This document shows, piece after piece, positions 44,891-56,634 of a DNA stretch of 62,448 nt. Source of the stretch: Octopus bimaculoides (taxonomy: Eukaryota); NCBI RefSeq assembly GCF_001194135.2, contig NC_068981.1:180944181-181006628 (forward strand). Reading direction: 5' to 3'. The notes beneath the pieces were generated by a model. The model saw only the letters and a program-made list of their open reading frames with translations. It did not search any database and had not been told where the DNA came from. Both the position numbers and the translations under genes were made by a program. The first letter of the stretch is position 1, and each line of letters starts with the position of its first letter.

Positions 44891-46339
44891 GATAATTATA
44901 TATATATATATATATATATTGTGTTACTCTTGAAACCCTTGCATTTTCAGAGTGATACAAGGACAGTATTCTTCACATATTTGTGTGATACTGTATTGTA
45001 AAGAGCAAATGGATAAAATTAAAACCTTGCTCAAAAATAAACTTGATTTCTCAATAGTTTGTGAAATGTTAGGGCAGAAATAGGGAATCAAGCAGAAATC
45101 CAAATTAAGAGACCTAGCAATTAATCTGTTGTTCCCCAACAACATTATAGAATTCTCTTAAGTAAAATTATTGGCACAATTGTTGACCATTTAAAAACAT
45201 GTTATTTATCCTTAGAAAGGCTTAAATTCATGGAATTTTGTTTACCATTCCTTCCCCATCACCACTACCAAGCATAGTGATTCCTCTGTAGGCAGTATAT
45301 GAGTTAGCAGTGCAAAGTTAACACCCGGTCTCCTTAGAGATTTCTCAAACCTGCTTTTCCTTATCAGACCTCAGTGCCTTGACTACTTCACCTCTTAGCC
45401 CTGGAAGCAAATCAGTAGGGGCCCTACACAATCTTGCCCTGTAGGTGTACTCTATCAATGTGAGGGTCTCTGAAAAGGAAACATTTCCTAACCCATTTTT
45501 GAAAACCAATACACTCCCTAGCAATTGACAGCAGGATGTCCCTGTAAGTGTTTTTATATTTTAACATTTGCTTAGTGTGTGTGTGTGCCCTCCTGCTATG
45601 TTTATATGAACATGTATGTATGTTAGTGTATATATGTGTATGTCTATATACACAAGATAATCATTTATTCCTTTGTTATTTTGTTTTCTTATTACTATAC
45701 ACACACACACACACACACACGTATATTTTATTTGTCTCACATCTTAAGGCTTAACATGTTTCAATTTCAAACTTTAATTTTATATTTTTAATTTCATATA
45801 TTATTTTAAGTTTTTATCTTCATTTTATCTTTTAATCTTCTACATTTAAGTGTAAATTAAACTTTTATAAAATTTCTTTTCAATTCTTAAATCTGTAAAA
45901 AAATCTTTTATTTTTATTTTTGACTTATTTTTATTCTTGGAATTCAAAAGAAAATTCCATTATCTTTAATTTTTAATATCAATTTTATATTTTAAAATCC
46001 TATCTTTTGATTTTAACTTTTAAAGTTCTCAACTATACCAGTTGGTGATGTATTCACAATCAGGTGTCCAATGCGATTCGTATTTTGCTGCTCATTAAAA
46101 AAGACTGCTCTGGTATACTTGCTGGTGTTTACTTCCTTTTTATCAAATATTCCTGTCACTATTCAGTTTCTAAGTAGGGAATTCAATTACTTCTCTCCAC
46201 TAGTGTAGCTAGAGTGTGTGCCGCCCAGAGTGACCCTTCTGTTTGCTGCCCTCGGACCCCACAAAAATTGCATATTGCCTACAGCAATAGTGCCACCCGT
46301 GGCAGACCCCCTTCCTCAATCCCAGTNNNNNNNNNNTAC

Positions 46340-47125
46340 CTCTCTTTCCTATTTTGTGTGCACACACGACAGAGTGTAAGCGCCCCGAGAGAAATGTTGG
46401 AAGCATCGGATGTGGTGTGCAAGAGAGACGTTTGCACTGGTATGGTCATGTACTACGGATGGATGAGGAGAGATGTGTGAAGAAGTGCCACTCCCAAACA
46501 GTTGAAGGAATCTGGGGTAGAGGGAGACCCAGGAAAACATGGGATGAGGTGGTCAAGCATGACCTTTGAATGCTGGACCTCACAGAGGCAATAACGAAAG
46601 ACCGAGACCTCTGGAGATATGCTGTGACTGCGAAGACCCGACAAATAAAGTGAGTTCACAACATATCCTACACCAGCTTCACATAACCAGCCCCAGCCTG
46701 ATCCCAGCCCTTGGATCGTAGGGCGACCTGCTATGCTTGAGGAGACCTTGAGTTAAGTACATCAACATCAAAATAAAAATCAAATGGAAATTGTAGTTGT
46801 GATACCCATGCCGATGGCACGTAAAAAAGCACCATCCGAACATGGCTGATGCCAGCGCCACCTTGACTGGCTTCCGTGCCGGTGGCACAAAAAAGCACCA
46901 AGCAGTCGTGGGCATTGCCAGCCTCCTCTGGCCCCTGTGCCGGTGGCATGTAAAAAGCACCCACTACACTCACAGAGCGGTTGGCGTTGGGAAGGGCATC
47001 CAGCTATAGAAACACGGCCAGATCAGACTGGTTTAGCCTCCTGGCTTCTCAGACCCTGGTCGAACCGTCCAACCCATGCTAGCATGGAAAACAGATGTTA
47101 AACGATAACAATGATGATGATGATC
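46340..47125 (+). mobile_element. RTE LINE 3' end: ORF2 C-terminus, stop, 3' UTR with three VNTR units, (GAT)n tail
   Basis: ERRLHWYGHVLRMDEERCVKKC...GRGRPRKTWDEVVKHDL...DRDLWRYAV...TGA, continuing directly into family C sequence. Confidence 0.9.
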
Positions 47126-48289
47126 TTTGATACATCCTTCCTTTCCATAATTTTTTTTACCTGTTTCCCTGCAATGATGTATTGGAATGGGCCATCACAA
47201 TTTGGGTCAGTTCTTATTCAGGAGAGGCTTACTCAAGGTGGTATGCAGTGCAACTGAAGCCAAGATCACATGGTTTGGGAAAGTACTTTGCAAAATGGGT
47301 ACAGGAAATAGGAAATGTCTCATCAAGGATTAAACAGAATCATGTGAGTGAAATAACAAAGCTAAGAACAAAGAACAAATCCTCCGATAACACAAACTAG
47401 TAGTTGCATGGTTCAATTGGTTATATCTGCAGTGGGTTTGATTGGTGGTGACTGTAGATAAGAAAAAGGAAATAAAAGTATGATGCATTTGGGGGTTGAA
47501 AAAACTCAAGGGTTCCTTTGTACCATAAATTCTACTCACCATCAATGCAGGTGGTTTGGGGTGGGGTAATAAAGGTTTTAAATTTTGGCTCAAGGCCAGC
47601 AATTTCAAGAGAGGAGATAAGTCGCTTACATCGACCCTAAAGCATAACTGGTACTTACTTTATCGACCCTGAAAGGATGAAAAGCAAAGTTGACCTCAGC
47701 AGAGGGTAATAGTATTGTCAGAAAACTCTGTAAATATTGTGATCTCCCACTGACAGCTGGGTGATCTACCAGTCAATGTGTATATGAAATATACAAGTGT
47801 GTGTGTGTATATATATATCTACATATGTGTGTGTGTGTGTGTGTGTGGAAACTGATGTGCATATGGACGTGTGTGTGTTTGTGTCTCATCTTCACATCAC
47901 ATCATGGTTGTAAACAAGTATCTCTGATATGAGTGTTGTTCATCTCCAGTCTTTTGAGGAAACATGTCCAGCCATGGGGAAATATTACCTTGCCTGGAGA
48001 TAGATGAGGGTTGGCAACAGAAGAGCATCCAAGGTAATATTTTCTCATGGTCAGATATCATTTTTTGACAGGTTGTATGATAGTGGTGTTCATCTACAAC
48101 TGTCATGCAGTATCTGTTTGGATTCTGGGGCAAATATTTTCTGCTATAATCTAAAGCCAACCAAAGCTTTATCAGTGGATTTGGTAGACTGAGACTGAAA
48201 GAAGCCTGTTGTATGTGCGCTCACACACATAAAGGGGTGCTTAAAAGTGTTAATATTAATCTGGATATGAGCAGAAGAAAAAGGAAGAA

Positions 48290-48660
48290 GGAATGATTTT
48301 AGAATGATGTTGCAATAATATCTTGAAGTGTTACTGGTTATAATTGAAAGAGTTGTTGTTTAGTACCAGATCATTTCTGATTGAGCTCACCTGTAATTAA
48401 AAGCAGTCCCTCCATGGCTGCACCATTTTTTCAAGCATTTATGTGGGACAACAATATTTATTGTTTCCTTTACTTATACAACAAAGGGAAGTTTATTATT
48501 TACTAGAGATGAATGTAAGTTCAAGGAAGTGTTCATATAATTTAAGGATGGTGTTATTGTAATGTTGCCGAGGATGATAGAATTAGTAATTGAAAGATGG
48601 TGTCAATCATTTTGGAGTGCTGCTGGAGTATTTTTTAAGGATGCTGCTATAAACAGAGTT
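48290..48660 (-). mobile_element. Possible highly decayed Penelope-like RT fragment
   Basis: Minus strand LVLNNNSFNYNQ resembles PLE LVLxNNYFxFN; otherwise weak. Confidence 0.3.
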
Positions 48661-48929
48661 TTGAAATGTTCCTCCTCCTCCTCCTTGTCATCGTCATCGT
48701 CGTCGTTGACATCATTAGTGAGTTGAATCCCACTGTGTGGAATTTAGGGATGAATATTGAGTCAGTTGAAGGCTTATGAGTGAAAGTAAGTAGACAAAAC
48801 TGTGTAGAAGTTTCTCAGATATGGAGTCTACAAATAATTATATATATGTGTGTGTGTGCGAGTGTATGTATATGTGTGTGTGTGTATATATATATATGTG
48901 TGTGCGTGTGTGTGTATATATATGTGTGT

Positions 48930-49160
48930 TATTTCTTTACTACCCACAAGGGGCTACACACAGAGGGGACAAACAAGGACAGACAAACGGATTTTAAGTC
49001 GATTATACCGACCCCAGTGCGTAACTGGTACTTATTTGATCGACCCCGAAAGGATGAAAGGCAAAGTCGACCTCGGTGGAATTTGAACTCAGAACGTAGC
49101 GGCAGACGAAATACCGCTAAGCATTTCGCCCGGCGTGCTAACGTTTCTGCCAGTTCGCCT
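48930..49160 (-). mobile_element. Young-looking SINE B copy (tail variant 2)
   Basis: Close reverse complement of 55078-55312. Confidence 0.9.
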
Positions 49161-49941
49161 ATATATATGTGTGTGTGTGTGAATATATACTAGCAGAGAT
49201 AACAGGTGTTGCTCAAGATTAAAATGGCATAGTTTTTTCTTGTTTTACTTGTTTCGGTCATGTGACTGGGGACATGCTGGAGCACCGCCTTTAGTCGAAG
49301 AAATCGACCCCAGGATTTATTCCTTGTAAGCCTAGTAATTATTCTATTGGAGTGTTTTGCCAAACAGAAGGAATGAATGAGCATGACTGTGTAGTTAAGA
49401 AGTTTGGTTCTCTACCATGTGGTTATGGATTCAATCCCACAGTATGAAACCCTGTGATATAGTCTCCAACTATACTCTTCTAAGCTGATCAATGTCTTGT
49501 AGGGGGAATTAAGAAGGTAGAAAGTGAAAGAAGCCATGTGTGTGTCTGTATGTATGTATACATGTGCATTCAAATCTTTCCATTCTGCTCTTCATGTGAA
49601 AAAAGAGCCTAGCTAGAATAATGTTGCTTATTGACAATTCTCTGTCAATAAATCATCTGCTAGCTCTGCAATTTCAAAGGTAATTGGAATGAAAAATCCT
49701 TTTCTTGGAAAACCAGTAAGGGTTAACAACGGGAAATTATGTCTCAATAATGTTATATTTTGATTAACCCATGGAAAAAAAAGAAACAAATATAAAACAA
49801 ACAAATGAATGACTGCACGCTAAACAAACTTTAGGTTAGTTAAAATATGTTTGTGACATATTTCAACTTCTACAGGCAAATTCACTGCAGTTATCATAGA
49901 GGAAACAAATCCTCTCTTATGGTAAAAAGGTGTAAAACACT

Positions 49942-50155
49942 TTTTTATTTCTTTATTGCCCACAAGGGGCTAAACATAGAGGGGACAAACAAGGACAGAC
50001 AAACGGATTAAGTCGATTACATTGACCCCAGTGCGTAACTGGTACTTAGTTTAACAACCCCGAACAGATGAAAGGCAAAGTCGACCTCGGCGGAATTTGA
50101 ACTCAGAATGTAGCGGCAGATAAAATACCTAACGTTTCTGCCAGCTCGCCGCCTT
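49942..50155 (-). mobile_element. SINE B with 7-bp target duplication
   Basis: aaacact at 49935-49941 and 50156-50162. Confidence 0.88.
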
Positions 50156-51121
50156 AAACACTGTTTCTGTCCAGTGTTGCCCTCTGTTGGATTCCCAGAT
50201 TGAACATTTCTAGCTCTTTAGTCATTATCAATTGGAAACAATGAAGAGAGGTAACTCTGGCCAGATTTTAAACTATTGTTTTAACTAAAACACGGTCAAC
50301 AACATTGGACTACTAGGTTGAGAGAAATTCAGCACTATCAGTACCACAAACATATTTTAACTAACCTAAAGTTTGCTTAAACCTAAACACTGCTTGGTAC
50401 TGATACTAGTGAATTTCTCTCAACCTGGTGGTCCAACAGCACAATTCAGTCAATGTTGTTGACTGTGTTTTATTTAAAGCTCTGGCTTTAAATCTGTCCA
50501 GAGTTGCCTCTCTTCTGTATTTCCCATTGGTAATAGCTAAAAAGCTAAAAATATTGCATCTGGGAATCTGATAGGGGGCAACACTGGGCAGAAATGATAT
50601 TTTTACATCTTTTGCCATAAGAGAATTTTTTTCTCCATGGTAACTCTCATCACCTGGCACAAGGCCACCTCCTTCAATCTTTGTCTTGCAAGTTACTTAG
50701 CAACCACACCTATGCTGGTGCATCCAGTCCACACTGTAAAGTAGTTGGTGCTTGGAAAAGCATCCAGATCTAAAAACTATGCCAAAACAGCCCACGTTGG
50801 TACTTATGCCATGTAAAAAGCCTTCAGTCCATTCTGTAAAGTGGTTGGTGTTTGGAAGGGCATCCAGCTGTAAAAAACCCTGCCAAAAACAGACAGTGAA
50901 GCCTGGTGCAGTAATCTACCTAGCCAACCCTTGTGAAACCATCCAACCTATGTCAGCATGGAAAATGGATGTTAAATGATGATGATGTTAACTGCTGTGA
51001 ATTTGCTTTTAGCAGTTGAAATATATTACAAACATATCTTAACTAACCTAAAGTTTGTTTATGCCTAAACACTGCTTGGCACTAACACTGCTGATATATA
51101 TATATACATGTATATATATAT

Positions 51122-51425
51122 ATCATCATCATCATCATCATCGTCGTTTAACGTCCGCTTTCCATGCTAGCATAGGTTGGACGATTTGACTGAGGACTGG
51201 TGAAACCGGATGGCTACACCAGGCTCCAATCTGATTTGGCAGAATTTCTACAGCTGGATGCCCTTCCTAATGCCAACCACTCTGAGAGTGTAGTGGGTGC
51301 TTTTACGTGCCACCCGCACGAAGGCCAGTCAGGCGGTACTGGCAACGGCCACGCTCAAATGGTGTATTTTATGTGCCACCCGCACAAGAGCCAGTCCAGG
51401 GGCACTGGCAACGATCTTGCTCATA
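51122..51425 (-). mobile_element. Family C copy with two 66-bp VNTR units
   Basis: tttta(c/t)gtgccacccgcac at 51301 and 51367. Confidence 0.9.
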
Positions 51426-51435
51426 TATGTATGTA

Positions 51436-51480
<45 letters not shown>

Positions 51481-51634
51481 TGTTTTTACTCTTTTTACTA
51501 TAGAAGAGAATTTTTTCTCCACAGTAACTGCAGTGAATTTACCTTTAGCAGTTGAAATATGCCACAAACATATTTTAACTAACCTAAAACGTGCTTAAAC
51601 ACTGCTTGGCAGTGATACTGCTGAATATATATAT

Positions 51635-51825
51635 ATATTTTTTTATGGCATATAAGATGTATTTCTTTCCTCCAAAATATGTCTCAGACCATCACCATGA
51701 GGCCTGTGTGCAAAGTTGGGCTTCCATAAGCTTTAATGCACTAAAAACATTTTTTCCGGAATATGTGCTGCTGAAATTGGGGTGTGTCTAAAATGTCTAT
51801 GCATCTTTTATACCATCAAATACGA
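51635..51825. mobile_element. Second copy of the 326-495 MITE family
   Basis: ttttatggcatataagatg / gcatcttttataccatcaaatacg|ata. Confidence 0.6.
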
Positions 51826-52299
51826 TATTCACATTTTCCTAGAATTCCTTGCAGGAGGAAAAAGCTTATAAAAATTATTGTTCATTCAGTATTCACAGCT
51901 AAACAATTACTATATTGTCCCCTTCTCCATTTAACTAAAGTTAATTGAAAATGTCATTATTAGTATTCCACTACCATCTGAATTACTATAATTAGAGAAT
52001 AATAGATTTGTTGTTGTTAGTGGATAAATCATTTCCTCAATTGTTGTTTATGACAATTTTTTGTTTATCAATGATTCACATCTAAACTTTTCAAAGAGAA
52101 GTGTGAGTCCTTCAGGAAACCATTAAATATTAAAGATCCTGGAAGTTCCCTGACATACAAGATTGGGATGTTTGTGCAGTCGATTGTGTGATTTTGAAGA
52201 AGAAATTAGACACTGTAAGTACAGAATTTTTTACTTTTATTTATAAACTTGTTTTTGTCAAATTGACAAAATCACTAAACGTAAAAAAGTAATTTATTT

Positions 52300-52490
52300 A
52301 TTTCTCTAATTTCTATTTATATATCCTTTGTTATATCTTTTAATGTGGCAGTATCTCTCTTTGGTTGATGTAAACCCCACATTTTTTTTTTTTTTGTGTG
52401 TTGTAATTTGTCCTTTGATATTGTCGTCCATGTCTTGGGCCCTTGTGGCCAATAAAAGAAATCATTATTATTATTATTATTATTATTATC
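52300..52490 (+). repeat. ~180-bp repeat with (ATT)n tail; second copy at 54465-54660
   Basis: ttatttctctaatttctatttatatatcctttgttatatcttttaatgtggcagtatctctc...gggccc(t/c)tgtggccaataaaagaaatcatta in both copies. Confidence 0.9.
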
Positions 52491-52685
52491 ATACTCTGCC
52501 TCCTTCAAAATTTCCATGCTTCTTGAAATTCGCCAGCAAATACACCTGATGTTCTCACCCACTTTTTTTAGCAACTTATTCTCTTCTATTCTATGTACTC
52601 TTTATGCCTTTTTGGCTACTATTTCTGAAGAGTTGTAGTACACCTGAACACTGTATACAATAACTTTATTATTATTATTATTATT
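52490..52685 (+). mobile_element. 3' end of a CR1-type LINE with (TTA)n tail
   Basis: ccatgcttcttgaaattcgccagcaaatacacctgatg is homologous to 60130-60170 in the CR1 copy. Confidence 0.65.
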
Positions 52686-53390
52686 GAGCTGGCAGAATCA
52701 TAAGCATGCCAGACAAAATGCTTAGCATTTCATCTGTCTTTATGCTGTGAGTTCAAATTCCGCCAGGGTCAACTTTGCTTTCCATCCTTTCAGGGTTGAT
52801 AAAATAAGTACCAGTGAAACACTTGAGTTGGTATAATCGACTGGTCCCCTCCCCAAAAATTTCAATCTTTCTGCCTTTAATAAAAAGGATTATTATTGTT
52901 GTTGTTGTTATTATTATTATAATTATTATTATTATTATTAAGGTGGCAAACTGGCAGCATTGTTACCATACCAGGTAAAATGCTTAGCGACATTCCGTCC
53001 ATTTTCAGTGAGTTCAAATTTCACCAGAGTCAGCTTTGCCTTTCGTCCTTTTGGGGTTGATAAATTAAGTACCAGTAGAGTACTGGGGTTGATGTAATCA
53101 TCTTAACTCCTTCCCCCAAAATTTTAGACCTTGTGCCTATAGTAGAAAGGATTGTTATTATTAAAGTGGTGAGTTGGCAGAATCGTTACCATGCTGGGCA
53201 AGATGCTTCATGGCATTCTGTCTGTTTTTACATTCTGAGTTCAAATTCTGCTGGGGTCAACTTTGCTTTTGATCCTTTCAGGGTCAAAAAAAATAAGTAC
53301 TAGTCAAATACTGGGGTTGACTATACCCCTTCTCACAAATTCCAGGCCTTGTGCCTGTAGCAGAAAAGTTTATTATTATCATCATCATCA

Positions 53391-53422
<32 letters not shown>

Positions 53423-53871
53423 GTTATTATTATTATTTAGGTGACGAGCTAGCAGAATTATTACTGTGTTGGAAAAAATGCTTAGCAGCATTTTCTCTGT
53501 CTTTTTGTTCTGGGTTCAAATTCTGCCTTGGTCAACTTCGCCTTTCATCCTTTTGAGATCAATAAAATAAGTACCAGTTGAATCCTGAGGTTGATCTAAT
53601 CGACTTACTCCCTCCCCCAAAATTGCTGGCCTTGTGCCAAAACTTGAAACCAATATTTAAGGCAGTGAGCTGGCAGAATCGTTAGCATACTGGGCAACAT
53701 TCTTAGCATTTCTTCCAGCTTTTTACATTCTGAGTTCAAATTCCGCTGAGGTCGACTTTGCCTTTTATCCTTTTGGGATCGATAAATTAAGTACCAGTGA
53801 AACACTGGAGTCAATGTAATCAACTACTTCCCTCCTCCAAAATTTCAGGCCTTGTGCCTATATTAGAGAGG

Positions 53872-53913
<42 letters not shown>

Positions 53914-54049
53914 GTTGTTGTTGTTGTTGTTGTTGGTCTTACTTGCTTTGGTTGATTTTGTGAGAGTGAACAGCAACCTGTTGTCAGAGGTCTCACAGGG
54001 TCTCTATAAACTTTGGTGCTTGGGTGTTAACTTATCATGGAAGACACTC

Positions 54050-54086
<37 letters not shown>

Positions 54087-54626
54087 TAGTATTTTTATTC
54101 AGGTGGCAAGCTGGCAGTATTGTTAGCATGCTGGGCAAAATGCTTAGTAGCAGTTCGTCTGTCTTTACTTTCTGAGTTCAAATTCTGCTGAGGTCAACTT
54201 TGCCTTTCATCCTTTCAGGGTCGATAAATGAAGTACCAGTTGAGTACTGGGATCAGTATAATTGTTTTAACCCCTCCCTCAAAATTTCAAGCCTTGTACC
54301 TATAGTAGAAAGGATTATTATTATTATTATTATTAGGGTGCTTTCCCATGCCTTAGGGATGACAGAGTACAGAGTAATCCATGATTTTTTGCATGGGATT
54401 TACCTCGAGTTATCCTAAGTGGACTCCTCCCACTATTAGGGATTCTAATTATCTTTTTATGAATTTATTTATTTCTCTAATTTCTATTTATATATCCTTT
54501 GTTATATCTTTTAATGTGGCAGTATCTCTCTTTGATTGATGTAGACCCCACATTTTTTTTTTTGTGTTGCAGTTTGTCGTTTGATATTGTTGTCCTTGTG
54601 CTGGGCCCCTGTGGCCAATAAAAGAA

Positions 54627-54658
<32 letters not shown>

Positions 54659-55312
54659 TATAGCACAAGATGCTTGGTGGCATTTTGTCTGCCATGATGT
54701 TCTGAGTTCAAATTCCAACGAGGTCGACTTTGCCTTTCATCCTTTCAGGGTCGATAAATTAAGTGCCAGTGAAATACTGGGGTCAATGTAATTGATTAGA
54801 CCCGTCCCGACAAATTTCAGGTCTTGTACCTTTAGTAGAGAAGATTGTTATTATTAAGGCAGCGAGCTGGCAGAATCGTTAGCACACTGGGCGAAATGCT
54901 TAGCAATATTTTCTGTCTTCATGTTCTGAGTTCAAATTTCGCCAAGGTCGACTTTGCCTTTCATCCTTGCAGGGTTAATAAATTAAGTAGCAGTTACACA
55001 CTGGGGTCGATGTAATCAACTAGTCCCCTCCCCTCCAAATTTCAGGCCTTGTACCTTTAGTAGAAATGATTATTATTAAGGCGGCGAGCTGTCAGAAACG
55101 TTAGCACGCCGGGCGAAATGCTTAGCGGTATTTCGTCTGCCGTTACGTTCTGAGTTCAAATTCTGCCGAAGTCGACTTTGCCTTTCATCCTTTCAGGGTC
55201 AATATATTAAGTACCAGTTGCACACTGGGGTTGATGTAATTGACTTAATCCATTTGTCTGTCCTTGTTTGTCCCTTCTATGTTTAGCTCCTTGTGGGCAA
55301 TAAAGAAATAAG
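52686..55312 (+). mobile_element. Head-to-tail stack of nine SINE B copies
   Basis: Copies begin near 52686, 52940, 53163, 53440, 53658, 54100, 54660, 54857 and 55078; all + strand, mostly joined by (ATT)n. Confidence 0.9.
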
Positions 55313-55784
55313 AAATGATTATTATTATTAATGTTCAACATTTGATAGTTTCTGGCAAATTTCTACTGCACCACCTACTACACTTCCATGTTGCTGAGGT
55401 GCGTGCAGCATTGTATGTTCATTTTTGTTGTTGCGGGGAGTGTAAACTCTTACCAGCATTGTTATAGGGTCTGATTGCAGTCTTTTGTTGTATTAAGGTT
55501 TGTATGGTTTGTATTGTGTGTGTAATGTGAGCTGTGTTCTTCTTTTAGGTAGAGTACCTGTTGTGGTGATTGTTTATTTCATTGGATGTCTACTGTATAG
55601 AGTGTCTTGTGTTTGTGGATTGTAATGTTCTGAGTTCAACTTATGTTCTGAGTTTGACTTTACCTTTCATCCCTTGTGGATAAAATAAGTATCAGTCAAG
55701 TACAAGAGTCAATGTAACTGACTTATCCTCTCCTGCAAAATCGCTGGCTTTGTGCCTATAGTAGAAAGGATTATTATTATATGT

Positions 55785-56010
55785 GGTCAATTCCAGGTTT
55801 GCCTAACTGGCTCCTGTGCCGGTGGCAAGTAAAAGGCACCATCCAAACATGGCCGATGCCAGTACCCCATGACTGGCTCCCATGCTGGTGGCATGTAAAA
55901 AGCACGATCCAAACGTGATTGATGCCAGGCCCGCCTGACTGGCTCCTGTGCCAGTGGCACGTAAAAAGCACCCACTACACTCTCGGAGTGGTTGGCGTTA
56001 AGATGATGAT
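55785..56010 (-). mobile_element. Family C VNTR segment (three units, element-sense orientation as at 46810; strand call uncertain)
   Basis: gactggctcc(t/c)(g/a)tgc(c/t)(g/a)gtggca repeated with about 64-nt period. Confidence 0.7.
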
Positions 56011-56222
56011 GATAATTGTTCAATATTTGGTTGTTTCAGGCAAATTTCTACTGCATTACTTGCTACACCTCCAGGTTGCTGAGATATGTGCAGCATTGTA
56101 TGTTCGTTTTTCTTGTTGGTGTCATGCAAACTCTTCCTGGCATTGTATAATATCCGTTTGTTTCATAATGGGGACTGGTTCCTGTCTTTTGTTGTATTAG
56201 TGATTGCATTGTGTGTTGTGAA

Positions 56223-56634
56223 CAGCACTGGATTAACCATTAAGCAAAATAAGCATATGCTTAGGACATCAAGCGAAGAAGGGGGCAATACAGAAATAGT
56301 AAATGGTTTACGGCACAAAAGAAATTACTTTAAACTTGCTAAAATGATATTTGGGATGCCTTCTTCTCTACTGAGTATAGATGCAGATGTGTTACCTTTG
56401 ATCTGATCAAAGACTTTTCAATTCAAAAATGTAAGAGGAAACTTTTCAAATATAAATAAAGTGGAAGTATACAAAAATAAACTTTATTTTCTCAATTACT
56501 GTTTTGTTTCATAGTGAAAAATAAAAATTTATTTTATGGTTTGTTATTTTTTATATTTTGAATTACATAATCTTTTATGGGGCACTGAAATCTTTTAAGC
56601 GCTTAGGGCCTCAATGGGTCTTAATCTGGTCCTG
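56223..56634. mobile_element. hAT-like MITE
   Basis: TIRs cagcactggattaa / ttaatctggtcctg (11/14); interrupts the duplicated unit. Confidence 0.6.

Larger units (their letters stand above)
49819..51624. repeat. ~330-bp unit present once inverted and 2-3 times in tandem, interrupted by SINE B and family C insertions
   Basis: Arms 50167-50343 vs 50396-50595 are reverse-complementary; the motif acaaacatattttaactaacctaaa occurs at 49835 (-), 50345, 51029 and 51565. Confidence 0.8.

Noticed and set aside
46810-46965. Hairpin-containing ~65-bp repeats resembling a CRISPR array
   Set aside because: There are no unique spacers and no cas genes; the units are contiguous and lie in an RTE 3' UTR of a eukaryotic genome.
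51185-51235. Hammerhead-like CTGAGGA...GAAA in family C
   Set aside because: It is antisense to the element, GAAA is the loop of a ctggt/accgg hairpin, and I could not build stems I and III with a valid cleavage triplet.
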